The notes: generated from the letters alone by a model not told the origin. 63,041 bases of DNA, filler included, from Octopus bimaculoides (GCF_001194135.2; 6 parts of 6 records of this genome joined end to end with filler, not necessarily neighbours in it); one strand, 5' to 3'; numbered from the whole stretch's first letter, positions 13,091 through 26,147 are shown. A program made the numbers and translations.

Positions 13091-15170
13091 NNNNNNNNNN
13101 NNNNNNNNNNNNNNNNNNNNNNNNNNNNNNNNNNNNNNNNNNNNNNNNNNNNNNNNNNNNNNNNNNNNNNNNNNNNNNNNNNNNNNNNNNNNNNNNNNNN
13201 NNNNNNNNNNNNNNNNNNNNNNNNNNNNNNNNNNNNNNNNNNNNNNNNNNNNNNNNNNNNNNNNNNNNNNNNNNNNNNNNNNNNNNNNNNNNNNNNNNNN
13301 NNNNNNNNNNNNNNNNNNNNNNNNNNNNNNNNNNNNNNNNNNNNNNNNNNNNNNNNNNNNNNNNNNNNNNNNNNNNNNNNNNNNNNNNNNNNNNNNNNNN
13401 NNNNNNNNNNNNNNNNNNNNNNNNNNNNNNNNNNNNNNNNNNNNNNNNNNNNNNNNNNNNNNNNNNNNNNNNNNNNNNNNNNNNNNNNNNNNNNNNNNNN
13501 NNNNNNNNNNNNNNNNNNNNNNNNNNNNNNNNNNNNNNNNNNNNNNNNNNNNNNNNNNNNNNNNNNNNNNNNNNNNNNNNNNNNNNNNNNNNNNNNNNNN
13601 NNNNNNNNNNNNNNNNNNNNNNNNNNNNNNNNNNNNNNNNNNNNNNNNNNNNNNNNNNNNNNNNNNNNNNNNNNNNNNNNNNNNNNNNNNNNNNNNNNNN
13701 NNNNNNNNNNNNNNNNNNNNNNNNNNNNNNNNNNAATATATACCTACAAAACAAAGAAAATCTTCTATCACAGTATGAATTACAAATTATCTTCCCTCTA
13801 CATTATTACCAATTTCACGGTTCAAATCCTTTTGTTTATTACAAAAATTGACTTATTTTACAAAATTTCAACAGTCCCGCTTTAAAGAGGACACGAAATG
13901 TACACGCAAGTACACACAAACACACAGATGTGCGTATGCAGGCACATGACATACACATATGTTCATGAGCGTTAATCTAGATATTCACTTTTAAAAAAAA
14001 AAGATGATCAAAAGTAAAATGCAAAGCTTTGTATAAGTTTTGTTGTGTTTAAAAATGGTTATCATAGTTGTATTAAAATACAGTTATACAGTCTTTGATA
14101 ATGATAAGAAAATATTAAAAAATAGAACCTTTGACAATGAAAAGAAAATGTTAAGAGGGGCGTTTTGTTTAAACAGTTTACATGAAAGTGTTCAAAATAG
14201 ATAGTAAAATAAATTTATAATTATTTTAAGTTCATCAAAAATCATGATTGTATAGAAGCATATATACAGTAGGAATCAGATTTATACAGAATTTTAGGGG
14301 AATGACCAACCTTTCCACCTTAAGGAAACAGTTTGTATTCAATAGATGTTATATAATTCATTTATTCATCTATATGAAATTGAAGCATCACTATATTTCT
14401 ACTCCGATCTTCCAGTTCACTTGTACGTATGCCGACAGTCAAACATTGAGCATCCAGATTCTAACCCACTCGCTCAGATTCCATGTTTAGATCCACAGTC
14501 TTACTGTATTTCCAAAAAAGCATCACCAGCTCCGTTATCTTCAACTATATTGCTATCAAAGCTATGAATGCCAACGCGAATGTTTTTCAATCAATCAGTA
14601 TTAGCTAGCATTTCTGGTAAATTGCTTTTCCGAAGGTTCTAGAAGTTTAACTCAAGGTTATAAAAAGATGAATCATTAAACCTAAAAACAGAATCTCCCC
14701 AAGCGCATATTCTATTTGGGGGACTAATGCTTCAGAAGCTCAGTCGTTCCCAGTTTCTTTTATCTGTTTTGCATAGCTTATTTCGTAAATCCTGTCTGAC
14801 AAACGTTAACCAGCCTTATGCCATAATGCCGACTTATATATCTATAAATGCATAAATATATTCCCATATAATTACAAGCCTTGTCCTGGTTATTATAAGC
14901 ATATTAACTAAAACTTTATTTCTATCTTACGCAGAGTGAATTATTATCACACATTAACATTCATATTTTTCAATAGGGTTAATTCACAGTACACTTTCAA
15001 ATACAAGTTTGAAATAATAAATATATAGAAATTCAAAACATTAATTGTTGGATAATTCAACTTTAAGAACACAGCCTCTTACGTCTAATTCTTACAATTG
15101 TATGTGATAAAAATGTAAAACAGTTTCAAATAGAAACCGATATTTCTCATAAATCTAGAAAGGAACTAAC

Positions 15171-15236
15171 CCACAAATGGGCTATAGAGTGCTAAGCTAA
15201 CACGCTGGTGTAAAATATCCCTTACATAATCAATAC
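15171..15236 (-). CDS. Candidate 66-nt symmetric phase-1 coding exon, product unknown
   Basis: ttcgctattctttttag acceptor, open frame (G)IDYVRDILHQRVSLALYSPFV, GG/gttagt donor; no protein recognised. Confidence 0.3.
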
Positions 15237-16754
15237 CTAAAAAGAATAGCGAAAGGTGGAAACAGGCAAAGAAAAATTTCAGTAATAGCTGTAGATGAGA
15301 AGAGCAGGATTCAAAACTGTTTGTGAAAGATTCTTGATTGCAAGATGACGATACATGGATGAACTCGGCGACATTTAAATACAAGAGTAACCGGGAAAAA
15401 AAATTCTCAACGTTTTGCACCCAACGTTCTAATGCTCTTGCCAACCCAATGTTCTTTGTTAGGCAGAAATAAAGATAATAATTACATGACTTGTTAGTGG
15501 CACAATTTATCAAGCTTGGAGTGTGGTCGATGGGGGAATCACTCCGTTAACTTGACTTCAGTATTTGATCGGTAATTTATCCAGACCAGAAGTTTTGAAA
15601 AACAAGTTCGACCACAAATGCAACCCAAATACAAAATATTTAAAAGCAACAGCAGAATGGATGACAGTATTAAAATCAGAACAAGAAAATGTATTTTTAT
15701 AGTCATTTATTTATTTATTCGTTTATTTATTTATTTATGTATCTGCCTATTTTGGTTATGGTAACGACAGAAGTAACTTTCCGCTAATTTCCAGCATTTC
15801 TTTGATGTCTGATCATCTTGATCGTTTTCCAAATCTCAGCTACGGAAATACCAAAGTATTATATTCCATTGTCTACAATTTAACTGATTGATGACATTCC
15901 TTATTTCGTTCTCTCTTTCTATCTCCCCTCTCTCTCTCAATCTCTCTCACTCACTCTCTCTCCTCTTCTTTCTTTCACAATTATACTTATATATTAATAT
16001 TTCTATTTTGAAGATTTTGTTGTTAAAATATTTCGTCTTTTTAGGTGAGAAGAGGAGGATTAATATTATATTACGACCATCAAAAATACTCATCATATTC
16101 ATCATGTTATTTAATAATTTTATTATTCATTTCTTCATGCTAAGTTCTGTTCTTGGCACATATTCTCTGCCTTTCTCTCTCTCTCTCGCTCTCTCTCTCT
16201 CATACCTTTATCAACCAAACAAACACATACACGCGCACACGCACACACACACACACACACATTCAAACACACACACATACTCACACAGACACACACATAT
16301 AGGTTGAAAATATGTGGAAAACAAATATGAAAAATGGAAGAGAAATGCCTTCGTTTCATATAGTTTAATATCTTTTTATAAATATATACATATTATATGG
16401 ATATCGTGAAATAAAAATTGTCACGAGAATTGATTACTGTACAATGTCCCTTGAAAAGTTAATTAAAATAGCGATTTTATATATTTGGGGAACAGGATTT
16501 TCTTTTTTCTTTTGTAAACATTCTGAAGAAAAGAATATGTTCTGATTTACATTCTGCTGAAGGTGTTCTTTATCTGTGCATCAAACACAATTAGTTCGTT
16601 TGGGACTTGCTAGAATAATCTTTATCAACGTTTCCAAGTCCTCTCACCCAGATCTCTCTCTCTTTCTCTCTCTCACGCACACACATACATACACACACAC
16701 ATACACATACACACACTCACTCGCAATCACGTACATATCAATGTCTATTTGTAT

Positions 16755-16985
16755 AGGCCCGTGGCTTAGTGGATAGGGTGTTGCACACACGGTTGCGAGA
16801 TGGTGGGTTCGATTTACAGAACGTGTGTTGCGTTGTGTTCTTGAACAAAGCACTTCATTTCATGTAGCTCTGCGATCATTTCGTCATCTGACATGTGGTA
16901 TGTGGTGCACCTGTACAGGAAATGTCGATTTCATCGAAGGAGTGAGGTATATGTTAACACAAACATTTGATCACGATATGTCGCC
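16755..16985 (+). mobile_element. tRNA-derived SINE (second family)
   Basis: tggcttagtgg A-box, ggttcgatt B-box; related inverted copy near 62590-62750. Confidence 0.75.
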
Positions 16986-17063
16986 TAATCAGAGGAGAGT
17001 CCATGATACACACACACACACATACACACACACACACACACACATGCGTGTGTATATATACAT

Positions 17064-17064
<1 letters not shown>

Positions 17065-17122
<58 letters not shown>
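17065..17122. repeat. (GATA)n microsatellite
   Basis: Direct reading. Confidence 0.95.
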
Positions 17123-18287
17123 TGTATGTATATATAGACATAGATAGATGGAGAGATAGAAGTGTACAGATATGTATATATATATATANNNNNNNNNNNN
17201 NNNNNNNNNNNNNNNNNNNNNNNNNNNNNNNNNNNNNNNNNNNNNNNNNNNNNNNNNNNNNNNNNNNNNNNNNNNNNNNNNNNNNNNNNNNNNNNNNNNN
17301 NNNNNNNNNNNNNNNNNNNNNNNNNNNNNNNNNNNNNNNNNNNNNNNNNNNNNNNNNNNNNNNNNNNNNNNNNNNNNNNNNNNNNNNNNNNNNNNNNNNN
17401 NNNNNNNNNNNNNNNNNNNNNNNNNNNNNNNNNNNNNNNNNNNNNNNNNNNNNNNNNNNNNNNNNNNNNNNNNNNNNNNNNNNNNNNNNNNNNNNNNNNN
17501 NNNNNNNNNNNNNNNNNNNNNNNNNNNNNNNNNNNNNNNNNNNNNNNNNNNNNNNNNNNNNNNNNNNNNNNNNNNNNNNNNNNNNNNNNNNNNNNNNNNN
17601 NNNNNNNNNNNNNNNNNNNNNNNNNNNNNNNNNNNNNNNNNNNNNNNNNNNNNNNNNNNNNNNNNNNNNNNNNNNNNNNNNNNNNNNNNNNNNNNNNNNN
17701 NNNNNNNNNNNNNNNNNNNNNNNNNNNNNNNNNNNNNNNNNNNNNNNNNNNNNNNNNNNNNNNNNNNNNNNNNNNNNNNNNNNNNNNNNNNNNNNNNNNN
17801 NNNNNNNNNNNNNNNNNNNNNNNNNNNNNNNNNNNNNNNNNNNNNNNNNNNNNNNNNNNNNNNNNNNNNNNNNNNNNNNNNNNNNNNNNNNNNNNNNNNN
17901 NNNNNNNNNNNNNNNNNNNNNNNNNNNNNNNNNNNNNNNNNNNNNNNNNNNNNNNNNNNNNNNNNNNNNNNNNNNNNNNNNNNNNNNNNNNNNNNNNNNN
18001 NNNNNNNNNNNNNNNNNNNNNNNNNNNNNNNNNNNNNNNNNNNNNNNNNNNNNNNNNNNNNNNNNNNNNNNNNNNNNNNNNNNNNNNNNNNNNNNNNNNN
18101 NNNNNNNNNNNNNNNNNNNNNNNNNNNNNNNNNNNNNNNNNNNNNNNNNNNNNNNNNNNCCGAAACGCTAATTTAAGGAGGTGAAAACATAAATATACCA
18201 GCACTGATTGAAAAGTGATGGTAGGGGACAAATACATACAAAAAGTTATATACATACCCACTTATGTTTTATATATGTGTGTGTATC

Positions 18288-18322
<35 letters not shown>

Positions 18323-18773
18323 CTGTGTATGTATGTGTGTTTGTAAGTATGTATGTATGCCTGATAGTATGTTAGTATGTAGCGCTTTTCTTTCGGTTTC
18401 CGTCTCCCAAATCCAGTTACATGGGCGTTGTTGGTCCATCAGTACATTAGAAGATACTTGCCTAATATTCCACGCAGTGGGATAGATTCCCAGGAACATG
18501 TGACTGAGAAGCAAACACCTTACTATACAGCCACGCCAGTATATGTGTATATAGTGAGAATTTACAAAAAAAAAAAGAAAGGTGAAGACGGGTGCTCGGG
18601 AAGTGAGAAAGTCTTTTATGTTTCGAGCCTACAAGTGAAACAGAGACAGGCAGAAACAAGAAAAATGCCGCTGTTACTTGAATACTATACAAATATGTCT
18701 TTAAAAAGACTTTTCTTTTAAATTTACCAAAATTTAATTTTACAATAATTTTTCAAAACTCTATTATTCATAT

Positions 18774-18815
18774 TTACTGTTGAAAAGATCTCAAGGATCG
18801 AAACCGGTTCTGTAA
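18774..18815 (+). ncRNA. Minimal type I hammerhead-like motif with U3:A8 core
   Basis: ttactg-UUGAAAA-gatc/tcaag/gatc-GAAA-ccg-GUU-ctgtaa; stem I 5/6 paired, palindromic helix III ACCGGU. Confidence 0.6.
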
Positions 18816-19929
18816 TGTTCTTTATAAAAGTATTTTAGCATTTTCTACTTTGTCTTTTTTCCATATATATCTACTCGTGTGTTCCTCTTCAACCTTTTNN
18901 NNNNNNNNNNNNNNNNNNNNNNNNNNNNNNNNNNNNNNNNNNNNNNNNNNNNNNNNNNNNNNNNNNNNNNNNNNNNNNNNNNNNNNNNNNNNNNNNNNNN
19001 NNNNNNNNNNNNNNNNNNNNNNNNNNNNNNNNNNNNNNNNNNNNNNNNNNNNNNNNNNNNNNNNNNNNNNNNNNNNNNNNNNNNNNNNNNNNNNNNNNNN
19101 NNNNNNNNNNNNNNNNNNNNNNNNNNNNNNNNNNNNNNNNNNNNNNNNNNNNNNNNNNNNNNNNNNNNNNNNNNNNNNNNNNNNNNNNNNNNNNNNNNNN
19201 NNNNNNNNNNNNNNNNNNNNNNNNNNNNNNNNNNNNNNNNNNNNNNNNNNNNNNNNNNNNNNNNNNNNNNNNNNNNNNNNNNNNNNNNNNNNNNNNNNNN
19301 NNNNNNNNNNNNNNNNNNNNNNNNNNNNNNNNNNNNNNNNNNNNNNNNNNNNNNNNNNNNNNNNNNNNNNNNNNNNNNNNNNNNNNNNNNNNNNNNNNNN
19401 NNNNNNNNNNNNNNNNNNNNNNNNNNNNNNNNNNNNNNNNNNNNNNNNNNNNNNNNNNNNNNNNNNNNNNNNNNNNNNNNNNNNNNNNNNNNNNNNNNNN
19501 NNNNNNNNNNNNNNNNNNNNNNNNNNNNNNNNNNNNNNNNNNNNNNNNNTATACACATACACATATATACATACATAGACGTATTAGTACCTACCTGTGT
19601 ATACACACACTTCCATGGTTACAAACAAGATAACGAATGTTCAATACATGTAGGTGATTTGATTTGAAGAAACTTGTTTTACTGCTTCGTTATCTACAGT
19701 TTGTCGCTATATTAGATCGCTCAAGCAACAAAATATCAATGAAAGGACTTGATATCGTAAAGAATGCGATATCATCTTTCCATCATCAACTGTCAGCTTC
19801 AAGGATGCAACATACATTTGTGAAAGTTATTTGTTTTGTAGTTTAAGTCTTTGTGGTACAGTAGCAATATATTACTGCAAAGAAGGATCTTCAGCCTATT
19901 GGCAACATTGGGTAATATTTCGGACTTAC

Positions 19930-19980
19930 TATTCAATGAGTTTAATGATTATGTCATAACATGGAATTTCTCGGATAACC
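19930..19980 (-). CDS. Candidate 51-nt exon, possibly DNAAF6
   Basis: ttgcaaatag acceptor, only open frame VIREIPCYDIIIKLIE, perfect gtaagt donor; resembles the VREIPEYEII segment recalled for human PIH1D3. Confidence 0.3.
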
Positions 19981-20252
19981 CTATTTGCAACATATTTATT
20001 AAAATGCAAGAGAGTTTCCGGGTTATGGTAATGTATGGACATCGTTCTCTAATTGTAAGAAATAATGAAAAACAGTTTAGAAATGAATTTATCGTTTGAT
20101 TTAAGTGAATATACGCCTGGGTTATGTCTGAAAAAATAAATGAATGAACCTACGAAGGGAATGAATTAAATAAGAGAGAGAAATGCGAGGAAGAAAATGA
20201 ATGATTGGGGTAGATAAGACTGTAAAAAAGACAACCAATCTTTAAGTAAACC

Positions 20253-20323
<71 letters not shown>
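20253..20323. repeat. (GAAA)n microsatellite
   Basis: Direct reading. Confidence 0.95.
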
Positions 20324-20892
20324 AGGGGAGAAAGAAATAAAGAACACTAGAGAAAGCGAGAGAAAGCAGGATATAAAAAGACCACCCCATAAATAAATAT
20401 AAAAAAATGTAACAAATAAATTCAGTTCGAGAAGGAAGAGTGACAAAAGAATATATGGAAGGAGATAAGGTTTAAAGAATTGTTGAAAGATATTTGTATA
20501 ACACTTTTGTATGGGAGACGCTACAAAGAGAAAGAAATTACTATGTGATGAATGAGTAAAATATATTTGCTGCTGAACGCTTCAATATACGCAAAAGACA
20601 TAGCTGTACTTTACTGCATTCATTGTAGGACACGAACGAAGTATTTTTTTCTTTTTACTCTAACAGAACTTTCAAAATATATAAAATAGATATGTGTTGA
20701 GATTTCCCGTAGACACATATACATATATAAACATATATATATCTTTAATATTTAACGCCTTTACTTATTTCAATCAATGGGCTACGGCAATGCTGGGACA
20801 CCGCCATAAAAGGATTAGTTCAATAAATCGAGCTCCTTTTCTTATTCTTATGACTGGTAACACTCCACTTATCACTTTGCCGAACCACGAAG

Positions 20893-20963
<71 letters not shown>

Positions 20964-21254
20964 TACATACACACACACACACATATATACATACATACAT
21001 AAATTTATATAAATAAGGATATATTGTATATATTATATAAATTTATATAAATTATATAAATAAGGATATATTCACTGCGGTAGTATCTTAGCCACATCGC
21101 GCGAGGAGTTTTAGGTTGGCATTTTAAACTGGTCGTGTGCATACGTGCATATATATGTATGTATATAACATAACATTCCTTCTGAACAGGACATCGGTCT
21201 GTTTCTGGGTGGAAGACCATTAATTTTGAGAGGAGGGACAAATCGACTATATCA

Positions 21255-21400
21255 ACCCCACTACTTTATGGTACTTTATTTTGTCGACCCTGAAGGGATG
21301 AAATGTAAAGTTGACCTCTGCTAGATATGAACTCAGGACGTAAGTAAGAGCAAGAAATGCCACTAAGTGTTTTGTCCTAGGTGCAAACGAAATCCGCCAT
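21255..21400 (-). mobile_element. SINE copy (12245 family)
   Basis: Reverse-complement similarity to 12245-12477. Confidence 0.7.
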
Positions 21401-21599
21401 CTTGTCGCTTTGTGTGACAACAGGGAGTTAAAATATTTAGTAATTTTGAACATTTAGCAGTTAAAATATTTAACAAAAGCATATCGGGCAATGACAGAAA
21501 GAATACGATCGCGAATATAAAAGGCTCTCTGCACTAAAGTTACTTGTAAGGATGGGTATCTCGGAGATTATGAACTCTCTCCAGATCGAACCGTTACTT

Positions 21600-21880
21600 T
21601 ACCGCATTGATGTCACAGCTCCGCTATCATCGGACATGGAATTAGAATGTTGTGAAAAAGAATCGCAAAATGAATTCTTTAAATCGAGCTAACTGGTAGG
21701 AGATCTGGCGGTAGACCACCAACAAGATGATTTGATAATATCATTATTCTCAGTTGGTCACAACGGGAAATCCAGCCAGAAAGCCTAATAACGATTGTAA
21801 GGGATAAGACCCTATGGAGAGTGGCCAGAGGACTCTACCTCCACAATCCTTCATTGGACAGTGAACAGAGAAGATGGAGG
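21600..21880 (+). mobile_element. RTE-type LINE C-terminal fragment
   Basis: IIGHGIRML*KRIAK*IL*IELTGRRSGGRPPTR*FDNI...VRDKTLWR. Confidence 0.7.
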
Positions 21881-21951
21881 CTCGAATAGTACATGCTGCT
21901 AAGCTTTACTCACGCGCGAGTGACGTTTGACTTTCAATATACTTAACCATG

Positions 21952-22170
21952 TTAAGGCGGCAAACTGGCAGAATTGTTAGCACGCCGGGCAAAATGCTTT
22001 GCGGTATTTTGTCCGTCTACGTTTTGAGTTCAAATTCTGCCGCGGTTGATTTTGCCTTTCACCCTTTCTGGGTCGGTAAAATACGTACCAGTTGCATACC
22101 GAGGTTGATGCAATCGACTTACCCACTTCCCCGAAGTTTCTGGCCTTTTGTCCAAATTTGAAACCAATAT
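21952..22170 (+). mobile_element. SINE copy (12245 family)
   Basis: aaggcggcaaactggcaga...gagttcaaattctg. Confidence 0.85.
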
Positions 22171-22829
22171 GTTTAACCATGTAAGCTTTAAGTATATTTA
22201 AATCTAACTACTAAAAACTAACTGCACAGTTCTTTAGCGTTTTAGCTGATTTCTTCTGTAAGTTTCCCGGCACGAAATATTAGATCCCCCTTCTCTTAAC
22301 GACAAGAACTTGTCGAAAACAACAGAAATGACATCTAGCGGCACCACAATGTATTTTATTTTACGAATTTTTATTAACTGTTTTCAGTTTTTCCCAAATT
22401 ATTTGCTGACGAAGATCATGGCAAGATTATTTCTGGGATTGGAAAAAAGTGTTGTTTCTTTTTCTTTTTCAGTAGAATTCTGTGTGTGAGATCCGTATTG
22501 TCTAAACATGTCACGTCCAAAACCAATATTGAAAAACAAATTGTCATAGTTGTTACTATATATGTGTTAATGGTAGCGATGATGTGCTTGTTATTGTGTT
22601 TGAACATTTTATTATTTATTCCTTATCATTCTGTCAAAATATTCTTGGCTGATTTTCAGTACCAACAAGATTTTAGATAAACGATCTCTCTCTCCCTCCC
22701 TCCCTCTTTCTTCTTTTGACTCTCAATTTGTTTGTCTCTCTCCCTCTCTCATTCTCTATTTATTCCTATCTGCCTCTCTATCTGTTTATCTATCTTTGAG
22801 CTCTATCTATCTATCTATCTATCTATCTT

Positions 22830-23137
22830 GCTCGACTGTTTGGGACGAATGGCGAGCGAGAACGCAGGGTGGACTTCAGTGCCTACCTGCACAGCCTGCC
22901 ACGACTCTCGGCAAGAGAGGCGGAGTGCTGCGAAGGTGCCATCACGGCGGCGGAAGTGAGGGACGCGATGGCGGGATGCTCGAGGGACAAATCTCCGGGT
23001 TTGGATGGTCTGCCCTACGAGCTTTACAACTGTAAGCCAGACTTGTTTGGAGACGTCTTGGTGGCGGTGTACTGCAACTGGCAGCAAAACGGGAGCATTC
23101 CCGGTTTTGTGAGTCGAGGAGCCGTAACGCTGCTGAA
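22830..23137 (+). mobile_element. L1/Tx1-type LINE ORF2, start of RT region
   Basis: EAECCEGAITAAEVRDAM...KSPGLDGLPYELY...SRGAVTLL is open into the gap; GC-rich relative to flanks. Confidence 0.9.
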
Positions 23138-23237
23138 NNNNNNNNNNNNNNNNNNNNNNNNNNNNNNNNNNNNNNNNNNNNTTAATTAATTAANNNNNNN
23201 NNNNNNNNNNNNNNNNNNNNNNNNNNNNNNNNNNNNN

Positions 23238-23528
23238 TTATTCTATTGGTCTCTTTGCTGAACCACTAAGTTACAGGGACGTAAACACACCACCATCGGT
23301 TGTCAGGCGATGTTGGGGGGACAAACACAGACACACAAACACATACACACATATATATACATATACGACAGGATTCTTTCAGTTTCCGTCTACCAAATCC
23401 ACTCACAAGGCTTTGGTCGGCCTAAGGCTATAGTAGAAGACACTTACCCAAAGTACCACGCAGTGGGACTGAACCCGGAACCATGTGGTTGGTAAGCAAG
23501 CTACTTACCACACAGCCACTCCTACGCC
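23238..23528 (-). mobile_element. tRNA-derived SINE (4253 family), near full length
   Basis: Reverse complement of gtggctgtgtggtaagtagcttgc...ggttcagtccc head plus tail. Confidence 0.85.
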
Positions 23529-23829
23529 TATAGTGTGTACTCTACTTTGCTAAATATTTCCAGGATTTCAGTTCAACTATGTAGCTGAAGATTTCAATAG
23601 CTCTCCTCTGTTGGGTTAACTTGGAGTAGTCCCTCTTTCTATTACATATTCTCTCCATTCAGCAGCCTTTCATAGTCACATTTGCATGCCTCCTTCTCGT
23701 AAGTATCAATGATGATGACTACAATACTAATATTATCTACATAGTTTTCACCAACCTGATTAACATTGACACACTGTGTTAAAATCTAGAACACCTAATG
23801 CTTTTAGCTTCTATTCTAACAAAATAGAC

Positions 23830-23869
23830 CTGAAATTTAGCACCTCTTCTATTTCCCAGATATTGTTCC
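23830..23869 (-). CDS. Candidate 40-nt exon, possibly DNAAF6
   Basis: Phase 1 start fits the upstream exon; reads GNNIWEIEEVLNF (DIWxxEEV-like); cag/gtctat donor; acceptor lacks a pyrimidine tract. Confidence 0.25.
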
Positions 23870-24182
23870 CTGTTCACCCTTTCTTCCACTTTTTTTCTAC
23901 ACCTGTCCAATAACTTTTTATGTCCTATCACCAACCTTCCACCATGTCATCTTCACAAGTTCACTGCAACAAGTTATCTCATAGAGGCATCCACTTTCTT
24001 CTTATTACTTTTCTGAACTTTTATCAAGCAGTGGAATCAATTGAGTCTGTCTACGTCTATCCTAAGGCTGCCAATCACTCATCTATATTGATTGGTACAT
24101 CTTTAGAATTCAAATCACTTTCATGTCTAAGAGCTAATCATAAGTGACAGCAAATAAAATAATAATAATTATTATTATTATT

Positions 24183-24741
24183 GAGTGAGAGAGCAGCGTA
24201 TGCCATCAAAGTGACACTGGAGTACAAATAAACAAAGCTCAATATGCCCATCATGACTATCCTTCTGATAAAGGTATACAAGGCACATACATCTCAACTG
24301 TATGTGCATGACACAGTGATCTCATATCAAGTTAAACAGCACATGACCTTAGAGGTGGGGCCTAGTTAGAGTTTTCTTCAGGTCAAGTAGCCCATCCTAC
24401 TCAAAAGGTCCCTGAATAAGGGTTGTTTAAGGATGATGAATGAAACACTCATGTTTCCAGAGGTGAATTATCCCAACTCCAAAGAATTCCTCTCAACACA
24501 TGACTATGATGCTCCCTCACTACTTCTGCTCATGATCAGAGATGCACATATCGTCAGCCACCAAGGGACATGCTCAACTGGTTTAAGGTCAAACAACTGA
24601 CATGCAAATCTGTGGTATTGAGCAGAATATTTGCTGTGGCCTATCTTTTTATACCAAGACGAAACAATGTATATGATAACACTTCCAATCAGTTAAGATC
24701 AAAAGTCATGAGAGTCACTGCTTGGTACTGCATCAGGGCAT

Positions 24742-24743
<2 letters not shown>
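24183..24743. mobile_element. About 560-bp non-coding element bracketed by (TTA)n tracts
   Basis: (TTA)n on both sides of a complex sequence; interspersed-repeat status is inferred. Confidence 0.45.
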
Positions 24744-24795
<52 letters not shown>

Positions 24796-25805
24796 CAGCA
24801 AGGTTGACTCTGCCTTTCATCCTTTCAGGCTCAATAAATTAGGTACCAGTGAAACACTGAGGTCAATGTAATTGGCTAGTCCCCTCCTGCCAAATTTGAG
24901 ATCTTGTGCCTCCAATAGAAAGGATTATTGTTGTTGTTGTTATGACTACCACCACCATTATTATTTGTATCTCATCTGTTAACCCGAAATCAGACTCACT
25001 ACCTCATGATTGTGAGCCCGACTCTCTAATCACTGAGCCACACACCTTCATCATGCTATTTATTGTGTGATATATTACTGGTAATACTTCAGTAGTGGGA
25101 TAGATGGCAAAATTGAAGAACTCCATTGAAAGTTGAACTCAAGTGAAACTAAATCATTGATCTAAGAAATGCCTGGGTGAACACATTATTAAAATGGTTA
25201 CTTCACATCTCCATGGTTTCAGGCAATGCTTCCTCTAATTTTTGGCTGTGGGTGCATGCAGAAAGTTGCAAATTGTACAAATTTTGGCTTTCTTTACAAG
25301 TAACCATCACAAGAATTTTTTAAAAATCCAATTTTATCTTGAAAACTTTGTATGCACACATTTTTTTCTTTTGTGCACAAATTGTAAAACATGTGCATGC
25401 ATACACAAATGCACAGTTTAGAGAGAACACTGATTTCATGTAAAATCCCACTGCACAACACTTCATGCAAATGTTTTCTACTATTAGGGCAACAAAAGCC
25501 TTTTGAGTGAAATTTCATAAGAAGAAACTGTAAGGAAGCTTGTTGTAATGAGATAGTCCATGTTATATGTTATAGTGTAGAAGACATGATTTGTCACCAA
25601 TTTTAACACCACCACCTGGTCCTTGTGTGTTGTTCATGCAAACATTCACCCCAAGGCTCCAGTCAAAAAGGATGACTCCCCTCCTAACCAATTTCCTATC
25701 TCAAAGGAAATGAAAATAAGGTCAGTGGGCAAACAGTCTTCTTTGGCAAATACATGAAATAATAAAAAGAAAAAGAAAATAATAATGTTCATAAAGAATT
25801 TTAAC

Positions 25806-25881
25806 CTTTTTCAGCAGTGCCATCTTTGGAATTCTTTTCTGGGCCAATGTGACCAGGACCATATGAATAGTCACTACATAC
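25806..25881 (-). CDS. DNAAF6: Dynein axonemal assembly factor 6 (PIH1D3), second coding exon
   Basis: cttaattctag acceptor; VCSDYSYGPGHIGPEKNSKDGTAEK(G) contains the GPGHIGP family motif; phase 0 joins the exon at 32828; AAG/gttaaa donor. Confidence 0.8.
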
Positions 25882-26086
25882 CTAGAATTAAGATAGAATC
25901 ACAATGTCAGTAAAGGTTCCTCCAGAAATCTAACTTCCAGAAGTAAACATACCCACACAGCAAATACACACGCACACGCACACACACACACACGCACACA
26001 CACACACACACACACTTGCATATATTGTGTGTATATATTGTGTGTGTGTATATATATATAAAGATAGATAGATAAGGCCGGTCTAT

Positions 26087-26147
26087 GGGATTATCCGGGA
26101 TTTCACGTCCATAAAGTGCTTAGCTTTACACTGTATCATCAGACCCC
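26087..26147 (-). ncRNA. Minimal hammerhead-like motif in left inverted repeat
   Basis: ggggt-CUGAUGA-long stem II-GAAA-tcccgg-AUA-atccc; helix III partly degenerate. Confidence 0.6.

Noticed and set aside
14480-14600. Minus-strand IVEDNGAGDAF resembling the PfkB/adenosine kinase signature
   Set aside because: Isolated short match, frame interrupted by stops, no supporting flanking motifs or splice sites; probably chance.
16755-16830. tRNA-like sequences at SINE heads (also 4253, 12245, 59290)
   Set aside because: A/B boxes are present but no complete cloverleaf; they are SINE promoters, not tRNA genes.
23182-23193. TTAATTAATTAA islands inside N runs (also near 50211, 55414, 58048, 61764)
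   Set aside because: Identical 12-mer centred in ~100-N spacers with stops in all six frames; an artificial scaffolding linker, not biology.
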